Shown: positions 27,782 through 38,159 of the stretch, in pieces
How positions within the stretch are numbered: the stretch's first letter is position 1
How the letters are laid out: every line of letters starts with the position of its first letter
Assembly (NCBI GenBank): GCA_043806645.1
Contig: JAZDGX010000086.1
Location: 1 to 46,003 of the forward strand
DNA: 46,003 nucleotides
Source: Candidatus Eiseniibacteriota bacterium
GTDB lineage: Bacteria; Eisenbacteria; RBG-16-71-46; CAIMUX01; WJJG01
Direction of reading: 5' to 3'
Made by a program: the position numbers and the translations under genes
Notes under the pieces: generated by a model
Seen by the model: the letters and a program-made list of their open reading frames with translations, nothing else
What the model was told of the DNA's origin: nothing
Databases searched by the model: none

Positions 27782-29113
27782 ATGGACACGTTTCGCGTGC
27801 GGTGGGTGCGGTGGGTGGAAGGCACGATCCCCCGACCGGACAGGATGGCGCTTGCGTTGTTGCTGCTTGCGGCGACCATCGGATGCGAAGGCCGCGAGCG
27901 CACGAACCCCCTCGATCCTGCCAACGAAGATACTCACGGACGGCCGGAGGCCGCACGCGCGATCGCGGCATGTGGCCGGGTCGATCTGACCTGGCGGGCG
28001 CTCGGGATGACCGATCTCTTCGGCGAGCGTGTGTGGCGCCGCGTCGGTAGCTCGTCGGTCCTTGAACTGCTCACTCCGGCTCCGCTTCATTCATCCCAGT
28101 CCGCCTTCACCGACTCGTCCGCGCCCAACGAGGTCGCAATCGTGTATGAGGTGGAGTTGCTCTTCGAAGGCGGATCCACCGCCTTCCTCAGTGCCGTGGA
28201 GGCGCGGGCGGGGGCCGCGCTGCCCTGGTGCTGTGATCCGTGCGGGTCGGGCCTGGCCCTGCTCGCTCCCGATGGCCGCACCCTGCGGCGCTCTCTGGGC
28301 GCAGGCGGCACCATCCTGGATCTCGATGTCGATCCGCAGGGCCACCGCGTTTTCGCGGCTTCGCTCTACGGCCCCAGCGCGGTGCTGATCGTGGAATCGG
28401 ACGGAGCCGACATCGTCGGTGAGATCCCGATGACGCGTCCGAGCGCGGTGAGTTGGAGCTCTTCTGCAGGGGCCTTGGCGGTCGCGGCCTTCAACGATCA
28501 ACGCGTCGATTGGATCCTGCCCAGCGGCGAGGTCATCGCGTCGCTTTCGTCTCCCGGGTGGTATCCCGAGGACGTCGCCTTCCGCGATCTGAATCGAACG
28601 TGGATCGTGCTGAGCAACGCGGAACTGAACCGTGGTCTGCTGATCGCGGCGGATATCATGTCTGCCCGGCGCGACACGCTCTCCGACTCCTTGACCCGAC
28701 CCGTGGCAGTGGTGGACGACCCTGCGGGGCCGGGTTGTTGGGTGGCCGACCGGGGTGGATGGGTGCTTCATGTCGACGATGCCATGACTGCGCGACGCAC
28801 GGCGGCCGACGCGTTTTCCGAGCCTACCGATCTCGATGCCGACGGCGAGGCCTGTTGGGTGGCAGACCCCACCGGCGGCAGGATCGCGCGTGTAGATCGG
28901 GCCGCAGCGGTGCTGGCATCGTATGCGGGCTGGTCCGGAGCGTGGGGCGTGACCTGCGACACGACGCTGCATTCCCTGTGGGTCGTCCAGCCCGATCGCG
29001 GTCAGGTCGTGCGGTTGGATGTGAGCGGCGAATCCCCGGTAGAAGTCGGACGCGCGAGCTTGTCCGGATGTCCCAACAAGGTTGCGGGGGATTGGTCCGG
29101 CGGCTGCCGATGA
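27782..29113 (+). CDS. putative lipoprotein with an NHL/YncE-like beta-propeller
   Basis: ATG 27782 lies 8 nt after the upstream stop; the alternative is ATG 27845 (MALALLLLAATIGC). A Cys is followed by the NPLDP motif. Repeated CWVADRGG / CWVADPTGGRIARVD / LWVVQPDRGQVVRLD blades are present. Confidence 0.5.
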   Translation: MDTFRVRWVRWVEGTIPRPDRMALALLLLAATIGCEGRERTNPLDPANEDTHGRPEAARAIAACGRVDLTWRALGMTDLFGERVWRRVGSSSVLELLTPAPLHSSQSAFTDSSAPNEVAIVYEVELLFEGGSTAFLSAVEARAGAALPWCCDPCGSGLALLAPDGRTLRRSLGAGGTILDLDVDPQGHRVFAASLYGPSAVLIVESDGADIVGEIPMTRPSAVSWSSSAGALAVAAFNDQRVDWILPSGEVIASLSSPGWYPEDVAFRDLNRTWIVLSNAELNRGLLIAADIMSARRDTLSDSLTRPVAVVDDPAGPGCWVADRGGWVLHVDDAMTARRTAADAFSEPTDLDADGEACWVADPTGGRIARVDRAAAVLASYAGWSGAWGVTCDTTLHSLWVVQPDRGQVVRLDVSGESPVEVGRASLSGCPNKVAGDWSGGCR

Positions 29114-29619
29114 TCGCGCCGGTCGAAGACGAGCGGGAAGATCGCGCACAGCAGGAGCAGGTAGTTGCGGGCGATCAGCCAGAAGCTGACCGGGCTCGAT
29201 CCTTCGCCGAAGCAGCCGCAGTCGATGTCGATGCCGCGCAGGATCGCCTGGGAGAGGGCGGCGATGAAGACGGCCAGCAACCCTCCGAGCACCACGCACC
29301 CGCCGCGCCAGAGCGGACCGAAAAGCAGAGCGAGGCTGGCGGCGGTCTCGATCAGCGGCATGATCAGCGCGCCGCACACCGCCCAGGCGGAGGGGGTCAA
29401 GCGGTAGCCGTAGATGCTCGCCGCGAATCCGTATGGATCGCGCAGCTTCCCATAGGCGGCGACGAGAAACACCGCGGCCAGGGCCAAACGGCATAGCCAG
29501 GAGACGGCCTTGCCGTGGCGCCCCGACAGGGTCCGGTTCATCCGGTGCCCGAACAGGACATAGGCCGCGCCCGCCGCGAGCAGGGTGATACCGGCTAAAA
29601 TGGCGATGTTCGCGAGCAT
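29002..29619 (-). CDS. MauE/DoxX-like redox-associated membrane protein
   Basis: ATG 29619 with GGGAG 5 nt upstream. Four hydrophobic helices are present, with AAYGKLRDP and the DCGCFGE motif typical of MauE-type proteins. The hydrophilic tail overlaps the 3' end of the convergent gene. Confidence 0.7.
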   Translation of the reverse strand: MLANIAILAGITLLAAGAAYVLFGHRMNRTLSGRHGKAVSWLCRLALAAVFLVAAYGKLRDPYGFAASIYGYRLTPSAWAVCGALIMPLIETAASLALLFGPLWRGGCVVLGGLLAVFIAALSQAILRGIDIDCGCFGEGSSPVSFWLIARNYLLLLCAIFPLVFDRRDHRQPPDQSPATLLGHPDKLARPTSTGDSPLTSNRTT

Positions 29620-29632
29620 CGGCGCTCCCGGG

Positions 29633-30166
29633 CTATTGAAACTCCTCGACTTCCAGCAGCCCTTCGGGGCCCGCTTCGACGGGGCGCCCGTGAGCGGCCC
29701 AGCCTTCGAAGCCTGAGGCCAGGATGAGAACTTCCGTCTCTCCGGCGGCGATGAGCCGCCGGGCGAGCTCATCGGCCGGCAGGATCTGATCGCGAGCGGA
29801 GTAGACAATTAGCGGCTGGCCGCCCGTCCAGATTCGGAACGTGTCGAAGAGCTCGTCGAAACTCGCCAACGGCAGCGACAAAGCTCCTTCGATGTGGCCT
29901 TCCAGGAAAGCCGCGGTGTCCCTGGCATCGACGAAAATGGATTCGCCTTCACGAAAGCGCGCGTAGGCTTCGGCGGGGAAGACCGCCCGTGCCCCGCTTT
30001 CGGCCAGCAAGAGCGCGGGCGGCAGATCGAGGGGCAAACGATCGGTTCGCACCACGTTGAGCGAAAAGCCGGCGCCCGCTCCGAGCGCGACCAGCACGGC
30101 TGCTTCGCCCGTCAGTCGCAGCCACCAGCGCCGCGCGCCGGAGGAAATCGCCGGCGCCCCGGTCAT
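29633..30166 (-). CDS. membrane-anchored rhodanese-homology domain protein lacking the catalytic Cys
   Basis: N-terminal TM segment (AAVLVALGAGAGF). The rhodanese fold reads FVDARDTAAFLEGHIEGALSLP...PLIVYSARDQ...GFEGWAAHGRPVE. The active-site position is Ser (codon 29798-29800) and the protein contains no Cys at all. Its ATG overlaps the upstream stop (ATGA at 30163-30166). Confidence 0.7.
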   Translation of the reverse strand: MTGAPAISSGARRWWLRLTGEAAVLVALGAGAGFSLNVVRTDRLPLDLPPALLLAESGARAVFPAEAYARFREGESIFVDARDTAAFLEGHIEGALSLPLASFDELFDTFRIWTGGQPLIVYSARDQILPADELARRLIAAGETEVLILASGFEGWAAHGRPVEAGPEGLLEVEEFQ

Positions 30167-31224
30167 GGCTGGTCGCCCTCCTCTTCGGACTCATCCAGGA
30201 TCATCGGCTCGTCGTCCCCCGCGAGCGACCTCACCCGCCCCCGCACCGGGATCTCCAGGCGGGGCTGCGCGGGATCGTCGGTCTCTATGATCAGCGCCGC
30301 CTTGATCGAGCCCGGGGGCATGGTCGCGGGAAGCGTGAGCAGCACGGCGTAGTCGCGGTCGCCGTCGAGTTTCTGCACCCGGACGGCAAGGCGTTCGTCC
30401 GTGCTGCTTGCCGCGATCACGCGGTGTCGCCCGGGGGCAGTGGCCAGCAGGCGCACTTGGCGCGTGCGCTCCGTTCCCGCGCGCAACTGACCGAAGGAGA
30501 GGGTGGTCGGATCGACCCGGAAGAAGCCATGGATCTGCCCGTTCAAACGGAGGCGCACATGATCCGCCTTGGGGTGATTGGTCTGAAGATCGGCATGCGT
30601 GCGGAATGCGCCGAGGCGTGCCCCGGGCAAGATCCGGAAACGCACGCGATGAACGAGACTGTCGCCTGAGATGGCCTGCTCGACGTCGGCCGCGAAGAGT
30701 TCATTGGGATAATCGAGCTTCAAGATCTTCAGACCATCGCCGGCCGCGGATGTCAGCGTCACGATCTGCGCGGGGGTCGAACCGGCAGGGACATTGCCGA
30801 ACTCGAGGCCGTCGGGTTCCACCCGGATCCATGGGCGCACGAAGGCGGTGAGGCCCAAAGAGCTACGGGGCATACCGGGGTCGTTGGTCTCGATGAAGAT
30901 GTGCTTCAGCACGCGGCCCGAGAAGGCATGTGAGGCGAAGGTGACGATGAGCTGCGTCTCTTCACCGGGCACGAGCACAGTGTCGGGCAGTTGGGCGGCG
31001 GTACAGCCGCAGTCGCTCGCCACGTCGAAAATGTTCAGGACGGCGGTGCCCTCATTGCGGATCGTGACTTCGGTCGTGAAGATCCCGCCCTGGGGCACCG
31101 TGCCGAAATCGTGCGAGGCGGGTTTGATCGAAATGGCGGGCCCCGCGATGCGGACCCCTCCGGCGCAGGCCGCCGGAACCCAGATCAGCCCCAAGAGCAT
31201 CGCCAGACATCCCGAGATCCTCAT
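30163..31224 (-). CDS. secreted DUF1573 (Ig-like) repeat protein
   Basis: ATG 31224 gives the signal peptide MRISGCLAMLLGLIWVPAACAGG. The first repeat, HDFGTVPQGGIFTTEVTIRNEGTAVLNIFDVASDCGCTAA, is a classic DUF1573 signature. Two further Ig-like repeats lack the CGC. Confidence 0.75.
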   Translation of the reverse strand: MRISGCLAMLLGLIWVPAACAGGVRIAGPAISIKPASHDFGTVPQGGIFTTEVTIRNEGTAVLNIFDVASDCGCTAAQLPDTVLVPGEETQLIVTFASHAFSGRVLKHIFIETNDPGMPRSSLGLTAFVRPWIRVEPDGLEFGNVPAGSTPAQIVTLTSAAGDGLKILKLDYPNELFAADVEQAISGDSLVHRVRFRILPGARLGAFRTHADLQTNHPKADHVRLRLNGQIHGFFRVDPTTLSFGQLRAGTERTRQVRLLATAPGRHRVIAASSTDERLAVRVQKLDGDRDYAVLLTLPATMPPGSIKAALIIETDDPAQPRLEIPVRGRVRSLAGDDEPMILDESEEEGDQP

Positions 31225-31333
31225 TCCATCCTCCCGGAGACGTGCGTCCCTCCGCTCGATCGAGCAGGCAAGAAGCGCCATTATAGGAAGATCCGGGTTG
31301 CGTGGTCAACGCGCCTCCCCGATCATTGCGGCC

Positions 31334-32281
31334 ATGGGCGTCTCCAGGGAAAAGGACTCTTCGCCCGGAGCCCGTGATCGCGGCGGGGGCCGGACCGCTT
31401 CGGAAAACCGCCGTGCATCGAGCCCGGTTCCCGCCTGGAAGGATCTCGGCGGTCTCCAAGTCCGCGCGATCATTACGAGCCGATTCCGCCTCGATGGCGG
31501 CAGCATGTTCGGGCAGGTGCCGAAGCCTCTCTGGAGTCGGTTCAGCAAGGCCGATCGTGAGAATCGCATTCCTTTGGTCGTGCGTTCGTTGGTCGTGCGC
31601 AGCGGTCGGGCGCTCGCCATCATCGATCCCGGAATGGGGGGCCGGTACGACTCAGCCGACCTTGCGCGGATGGCCGTCGATCCTTCACTCGGCTCGCTGG
31701 CGGCAACGCTGCGACGACAGGGCATTCCACCCGAGGAGATCACCCACGCGGTTCTGACGCACCTGCATTTCGATCACATCGCAGGCCTGGGCCGCGCGGA
31801 GGGCACGGGCGTGGCGCTCGAGCTGCCTCAGGCGAAAGTGTTGATCCACCGGCGGCAATGGGAGCGGGCGCAGGCCCCCGGGCCCAAGGAGCGTCGCAGC
31901 TACCGCCCGGAGGACATCGACCTCCTGCGGCGGGCCGATCCTGTGCTGATCGACGGCGCCGCAGAGGTCCTGCCCGGGCTCTTCGTCTCACCGACCGAGG
32001 GACACACGCGGGGCCTGATGGCTGTGGAGGTGCGGGGAAGCAAGGAGAGGATCTTCTACCCGACCGACCTGATTCCGACCCTGGCCCACATTCGCCTGCC
32101 CTTCACGACCGGCTTCGACCTCTGGCCCGAGCAACTGCTGATCGAAAAGGAAGCGATCCTGAGCGCCGCCTCCCGGCCGGACGCATGGATTGCCTTTGTT
32201 CACGACCCGCGCACGGCTGCGGCAGGCGTGGTTCATTCGGATGAAGGCTACACGATCCGCGAGCGTCTCGCGGAGTTCTGA
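31334..32281 (+). CDS. MBL-fold metallo-hydrolase
   Basis: Contains the HxHxDH motif (LTHLHFDHIAG) and FRLDGGSMFGQVPKPLW. ATG 31334 is the first in-frame ATG clear of the divergent DUF1573 gene. The ORF-track start at 30794 is antisense to that gene. Confidence 0.75.
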   Translation: MGVSREKDSSPGARDRGGGRTASENRRASSPVPAWKDLGGLQVRAIITSRFRLDGGSMFGQVPKPLWSRFSKADRENRIPLVVRSLVVRSGRALAIIDPGMGGRYDSADLARMAVDPSLGSLAATLRRQGIPPEEITHAVLTHLHFDHIAGLGRAEGTGVALELPQAKVLIHRRQWERAQAPGPKERRSYRPEDIDLLRRADPVLIDGAAEVLPGLFVSPTEGHTRGLMAVEVRGSKERIFYPTDLIPTLAHIRLPFTTGFDLWPEQLLIEKEAILSAASRPDAWIAFVHDPRTAAAGVVHSDEGYTIRERLAEF

Positions 32282-32282
32282 T

Positions 32283-32400
32283 GGTTGTGGATCGAAGAAT
32301 GCGCATGGGTGATCCAGACGCGGGAATGTCCAAACCCAGACCGGCCAAAACTACCCCACCCGCCAGCGAGGGCCCCGCGCACATTCTTCGATCCACAACC
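32283..32400. repeat. 118-nt element bounded by a perfect 19-bp inverted repeat that fills a convergent intergenic gap
   Basis: GGTTGTGGATCGAAGAATG (32283-32301) and its exact reverse complement CATTCTTCGATCCACAACC (32382-32400). The arms abut the TGA of the MBL gene (32279-32281) and overlap the TAG of gcdH by 1 nt (32400-32402 on the minus strand). Confidence 0.6.
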
Positions 32401-33560
32401 TAATGGATCGCATCGATGCCCGTGATGTCGCGTCCCACGATCAGGGCATGGATCTCATGCGTGCCCTCGTAGGTCAGCACGCTCTCCAGATTGGCTGCGT
32501 GGCGCATCGGTGGATAGTCGAGCGTGATGCCGCTGGCCCCAAGCAGACCGCGAGCCTCACGGGCGATCTCGAGGGCGGTGCGTACGTTGTTGTACTTGGC
32601 GAGCGAGACGTGCGGATAGTGGGCGAGTCCGGCATCCTTCATCCGGCCCAGCCGCAGATTGAGGAGCTGCCCCTTGGTGATCTCCGCGAGCATCCAGACG
32701 AGTTTCGCCTGGGTCATCTGGAAGCCGGCGAGCGGGCGGCCGAACTGGCTGCGCGCACTCACGTAGTCGAGGGCGCTTTCGTAACAGGCCATGGCGGCTC
32801 CGATGGCGCCCCAGGCGATGCCGAAGCGCGCTTCGTTGAGGCAGCCGAGCGGGGCGCCGAGACCGCGTGCCGCGGGCAGGCGGTTCGCGGCGGGAATGTG
32901 CACATCGTCGAAGACCAGTTCGCTCGTCACCGAGGCGCGCAGCGACAGCTTGTGCTTCATCTCCGGGGCGGAGAATCCAGGTCGCCCGGCCTCCACGATG
33001 AAGCCGGCGATCTCGTCGTCGAGACGCGCCCAGACGATGGCGATGTCGGCGATGGATCCGTTGGTAATCCACATCTTCGCGCCATTCAGGATGTAGTCGC
33101 CTCCATCCCGTACGGCCCGCGTCTCCATGCCGGCCGGATCGGATCCATGGTCGGGTTCGGTCAGCCCGTAGCAGCCGATGATCTCGCCGGAGGCGAGGCG
33201 CGGAATGTAGGTCTGTTTCTGTTCATCGCTGCCCCAGGTGTGGATGGGGTGGATTACCAGAGAGGTCTGAACGCTCACGAAGCTGCGCAGACCGCTGTCG
33301 GCGCGCTCGAGTTCCTGGCAGGCGAGTCCGTAGTCCACATGTGAAGCGCCCGCACAGCCATAGCCCTGGTACTTCATTCCGAGCAGGCCGAGTCTGCCGA
33401 GTTGCGGGACAATGTGCCGGGGAAAGGTGCCCCGCTCGAAATGCTCGCCGACGATCGGCAGGTACTCGCGCTCGGCGAAACGTCGCACGGTGTCCCGCAG
33501 GAGGCGCTCGCCCGCGGACAATTCGAGGTCGAGCTTGTAGAAATCCGTCTGTCTTCCCAT
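32400..33560 (-). CDS. gcdH: glutaryl-CoA dehydrogenase (acyl-CoA dehydrogenase family)
   Basis: ATG 33560 (MGRQTDFYKLD). GCAGASHVDYGLACQELERADSGLRSFVSVQTSLVIHPIHTWGSDEQKQTYIPRLASGEIIGCYGLTEPDHGSDPAGMETRA and the end YEGTHEIHALIVGRDITG match GCDH-type ACADs. The ORF-track extension to 34913 is antisense to the kinase gene. Confidence 0.9.
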   Translation of the reverse strand: MGRQTDFYKLDLELSAGERLLRDTVRRFAEREYLPIVGEHFERGTFPRHIVPQLGRLGLLGMKYQGYGCAGASHVDYGLACQELERADSGLRSFVSVQTSLVIHPIHTWGSDEQKQTYIPRLASGEIIGCYGLTEPDHGSDPAGMETRAVRDGGDYILNGAKMWITNGSIADIAIVWARLDDEIAGFIVEAGRPGFSAPEMKHKLSLRASVTSELVFDDVHIPAANRLPAARGLGAPLGCLNEARFGIAWGAIGAAMACYESALDYVSARSQFGRPLAGFQMTQAKLVWMLAEITKGQLLNLRLGRMKDAGLAHYPHVSLAKYNNVRTALEIAREARGLLGASGITLDYPPMRHAANLESVLTYEGTHEIHALIVGRDITGIDAIH

Positions 33561-33789
33561 GTCTCCTCCGCCGGGAGCTTGCCTAGCCCGGGATGCGCGT
33601 GGATCGCGCGAAGGTGGAATACCGGATTCGCCTTTCTTGACTGGACTTCGGCTTACGGGAAGCCATGCGGCCGGCAGGCTTTTCACCCGGCCGCAGGAGT
33701 CTCCCGATAGGCCAAAAGGGTCGCCGGGCGCCGGGAGGTGCGTCAAGGGCTTTTGCCGGACCGCGGCGCGCCGGCGTGGTTTTGCCTCA

Positions 33790-35619
33790 ATGAATCTCGT
33801 TGGGCGGTCGATTGTTAGGACATGGGTCCGGTCCCGGGAGGTCCCCGTACGGGCCGGTTCTGTGAAGCAAGGACGCAGGAGAACGCTCTTGCAGGCCCCA
33901 AAATCGAAGCCGACGGCCGATTCCTTTCGGCTGCGCCTGCCGTTGCTCATCGGGGGCACGGCGGCACTTCTCTTGGCCGCCACATTGACGTCGTTGATAC
34001 TGGCTTGGCGAGGCCCGGCGGCCGGGGGGGACCCAGCGACGAATGCCTGGACTGCACTGCGCAATGGAGATCCGGGTGCGTGGTCCCGCCTGATTCTGAT
34101 CCCGGGCGGGGTCGCGCTGGCCGTATGGGGAGCATCGGTGGGGCTGCTGGCGCGGCTCGGCAGGCGCATCGACGGGCGCATCGGCCGGCTGACACGCCGC
34201 GCAAACGAGTTGGTCCCGGGGCCTGCGGTGAAGGCTGAGGCCGGTCTCGGCGGGGAGCTCACCCTCCTGGAAGAGGCCTTCGAGCGCATGGCCCAGCGGG
34301 TGCAGCGCTTCCACCTGGAGAGCGAGACGCTCAATCGCGGCTTGAGCGCCAAAGTGCGCCAGCGCACGGAAGAACTGCGACAGAAGAACCTGGCGCTGGC
34401 CTTCCAGAACGAGAAGGTGATCGAGGCCGACCGTCTGAAGAGCGCCTTCTTCGCCAGCGTCTCCCACGAGCTGCGCACGCCGCTCAATGCGATCATGGCT
34501 CTCAGCGACATGCTGCGCGACGAGGTGGCCGGTCCGTTGAATGCAGAACAGCGCAAGCATGCGGCGATGATCCATTCGAGCGGGGAGAACCTCCTCAATC
34601 TGATCAACGAAGTCCTGGATCTGTCTCGCATCGAGGCGGGCCGCATGGAGATCCGTCTGGAGGAGGCCGACGTCCTCGCGCGGCTGGCCGAGGCGGTGGA
34701 AGAGTTGCGTCCGCTCGCCGAATCGAAAGGCCTCAGCCTGACCCTGCAGGGCCCGCGCACCGGACGCCGGGTCCGGGTCGACGGTGACAAGACGCGGTTG
34801 GTTCTGATCAACCTCCTCGGCAACGCCATCAAGTTCACCGCCGAGGGCGGAATCACGGTCCGCTTCCATCTGCTCGAAGACGAGCGCCTGCTCTCGGTGG
34901 AGGTCGAAGACACCGGACCCGGAATCGCGCCCGAGCACCATCAGCAGATCTTTCTGGAGTTCCACCGCGTCGAGACCCCCACGCAGACCCGCCATCCGGG
35001 CACCGGACTGGGCCTTGCCGTGAGCAGGCAACTCGTCAATCTGATGCGGGGTGACATCTGGGTCGACAGCGTAGTCGGGCGGGGTTCACGCTTTGCGTTC
35101 GTCATTCCCGTGCAGCCCGTCTCCGAGCCGCCGGTATCCGGCGAGAAGCGGGAGGCCGATGCCTCGGCGCTCGAGACCGAGGGTCCGGGGAGAGTACTGG
35201 TTGTCGGTGCGGACATGGTCGCGGCCGGGGTGTTCGCGCGCTATTTCCGCCAGCGCAACCTGGACGCGCTGCTGGCGCGCGAGGGCATGGCCGCCTACCA
35301 ACTTCTGCAAGCTGAACCGATCGATCTCATCCTGGTCCTCTTGTCCGACGCCACGAGCCCGGAAATCGACTGGGTGGAAGCACTCGGCCGGGATCCGCAG
35401 CTGGCGCGCATACCGCTCGTGGCCTACCTGCCCGGCACGCCGCCCGAGGCGTTGTCCGCGCGCATCGCGCGTCATCCGGCGGCCGTACTCCTGCCCGGGC
35501 CGCGCGGCACGGGGGAACTGGTCGGAGAATCGCTCGAAGTGCTGGCCAAAGCGGTGCAGGCACGAACGGAACCGGGCGTGCAGCCGGCCACGGCCGCCCC
35601 GGAGCCTCGCGCGGCATAG
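33790..35619 (+). CDS. membrane sensor histidine kinase with a C-terminal degenerate receiver-like domain
   Basis: Two TM segments and a HAMP-like linker. H-box FFASVSHELRTPLNAI; N/G boxes LLGNAIKFT, DTGPGI and GTGLGLAV. The start is uncertain: ATG 33790, GTG 33862, or TTG 33889 (AGGAG 7 nt upstream). Confidence 0.8.
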   Translation: MNLVGRSIVRTWVRSREVPVRAGSVKQGRRRTLLQAPKSKPTADSFRLRLPLLIGGTAALLLAATLTSLILAWRGPAAGGDPATNAWTALRNGDPGAWSRLILIPGGVALAVWGASVGLLARLGRRIDGRIGRLTRRANELVPGPAVKAEAGLGGELTLLEEAFERMAQRVQRFHLESETLNRGLSAKVRQRTEELRQKNLALAFQNEKVIEADRLKSAFFASVSHELRTPLNAIMALSDMLRDEVAGPLNAEQRKHAAMIHSSGENLLNLINEVLDLSRIEAGRMEIRLEEADVLARLAEAVEELRPLAESKGLSLTLQGPRTGRRVRVDGDKTRLVLINLLGNAIKFTAEGGITVRFHLLEDERLLSVEVEDTGPGIAPEHHQQIFLEFHRVETPTQTRHPGTGLGLAVSRQLVNLMRGDIWVDSVVGRGSRFAFVIPVQPVSEPPVSGEKREADASALETEGPGRVLVVGADMVAAGVFARYFRQRNLDALLAREGMAAYQLLQAEPIDLILVLLSDATSPEIDWVEALGRDPQLARIPLVAYLPGTPPEALSARIARHPAAVLLPGPRGTGELVGESLEVLAKAVQARTEPGVQPATAAPEPRAA

Positions 35620-35631
35620 GAGGAATCGCAC

Positions 35632-36081
35632 ATGGAAGGGGCTGCGTCGCAACGGGGCTACATCCTGTTGGCGGAGGATGAGCCGACCAATCAGTACGTG
35701 TTTCGGGCGATCCTCGCGAGCGGGGGCTTCGAGGTCAAGATCGTCGACAACGGCCAGGCGGCGCTGGACGAGGGGTTGAACCGGCGCCCCGATCTGGTGT
35801 TGCTCGACATGATGATGCCAATCATGGATGGATACGAGACCGCGCGGCGGATGAGCGAGGACCCGCGTTTCGACGGCGTTCCGATCCTGGCCCTGACCGC
35901 GAAAGCGATGAAGGGCGACGCCGAGAAGACGATCGAGGCGGGCTGCGATGATTACATGTCGAAGCCGGTGCGGCGCAAAGAGCTGCTGGACACGGTCGCC
36001 GAATGGGTGGCCAAGCCGGTGGAGCTTTGGATGCCGGCGCGCCTCAAGCGCCGCGGCAGCGAGGGCCGCCGGGCCGCCTGA
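35632..36081 (+). CDS. single-domain CheY-like response regulator
   Basis: All canonical receiver residues are present: LLAEDE, DLVLLDMMMP (phospho-acceptor Asp), ILALTAKA and YMSKP. Confidence 0.85.
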   Translation: MEGAASQRGYILLAEDEPTNQYVFRAILASGGFEVKIVDNGQAALDEGLNRRPDLVLLDMMMPIMDGYETARRMSEDPRFDGVPILALTAKAMKGDAEKTIEAGCDDYMSKPVRRKELLDTVAEWVAKPVELWMPARLKRRGSEGRRAA

Positions 36082-36139
36082 GCGGGAAGTTCGCGCGGAT
36101 CCCGCGCAGGGGCGGATCCTCCGCAGTGCCACGGAATGA

Positions 36140-36169
36140 TTGTGGGTGCGCCGGGCGTTGCGGTATTCT
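36140..36169 (+). promoter_or_regulatory. sigma-70-like promoter candidate placing the ABC-F ATG at or near the transcript 5' end
   Basis: TTGTGG-N18-TATTCT. The -10 ends 7 nt before ATG 36177, and there is no SD in between. Confidence 0.3.
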
Positions 36170-36176
36170 CGCCGCC

Positions 36177-38155
<1,979 letters not shown>

Positions 38156-38159
<4 letters not shown>

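Noticed and set aside
30794-31333. 5' extension of the MBL-hydrolase ORF
   Set aside because: It is antisense to the DUF1573 gene. MBL-fold similarity begins after ATG 31334.
33561-34913. 5' extension of the gcdH ORF (the track gives an 837-aa protein)
   Set aside because: Homology to glutaryl-CoA dehydrogenase starts at ATG 33560. The extension is Ser/Arg-rich and antisense to the histidine kinase.
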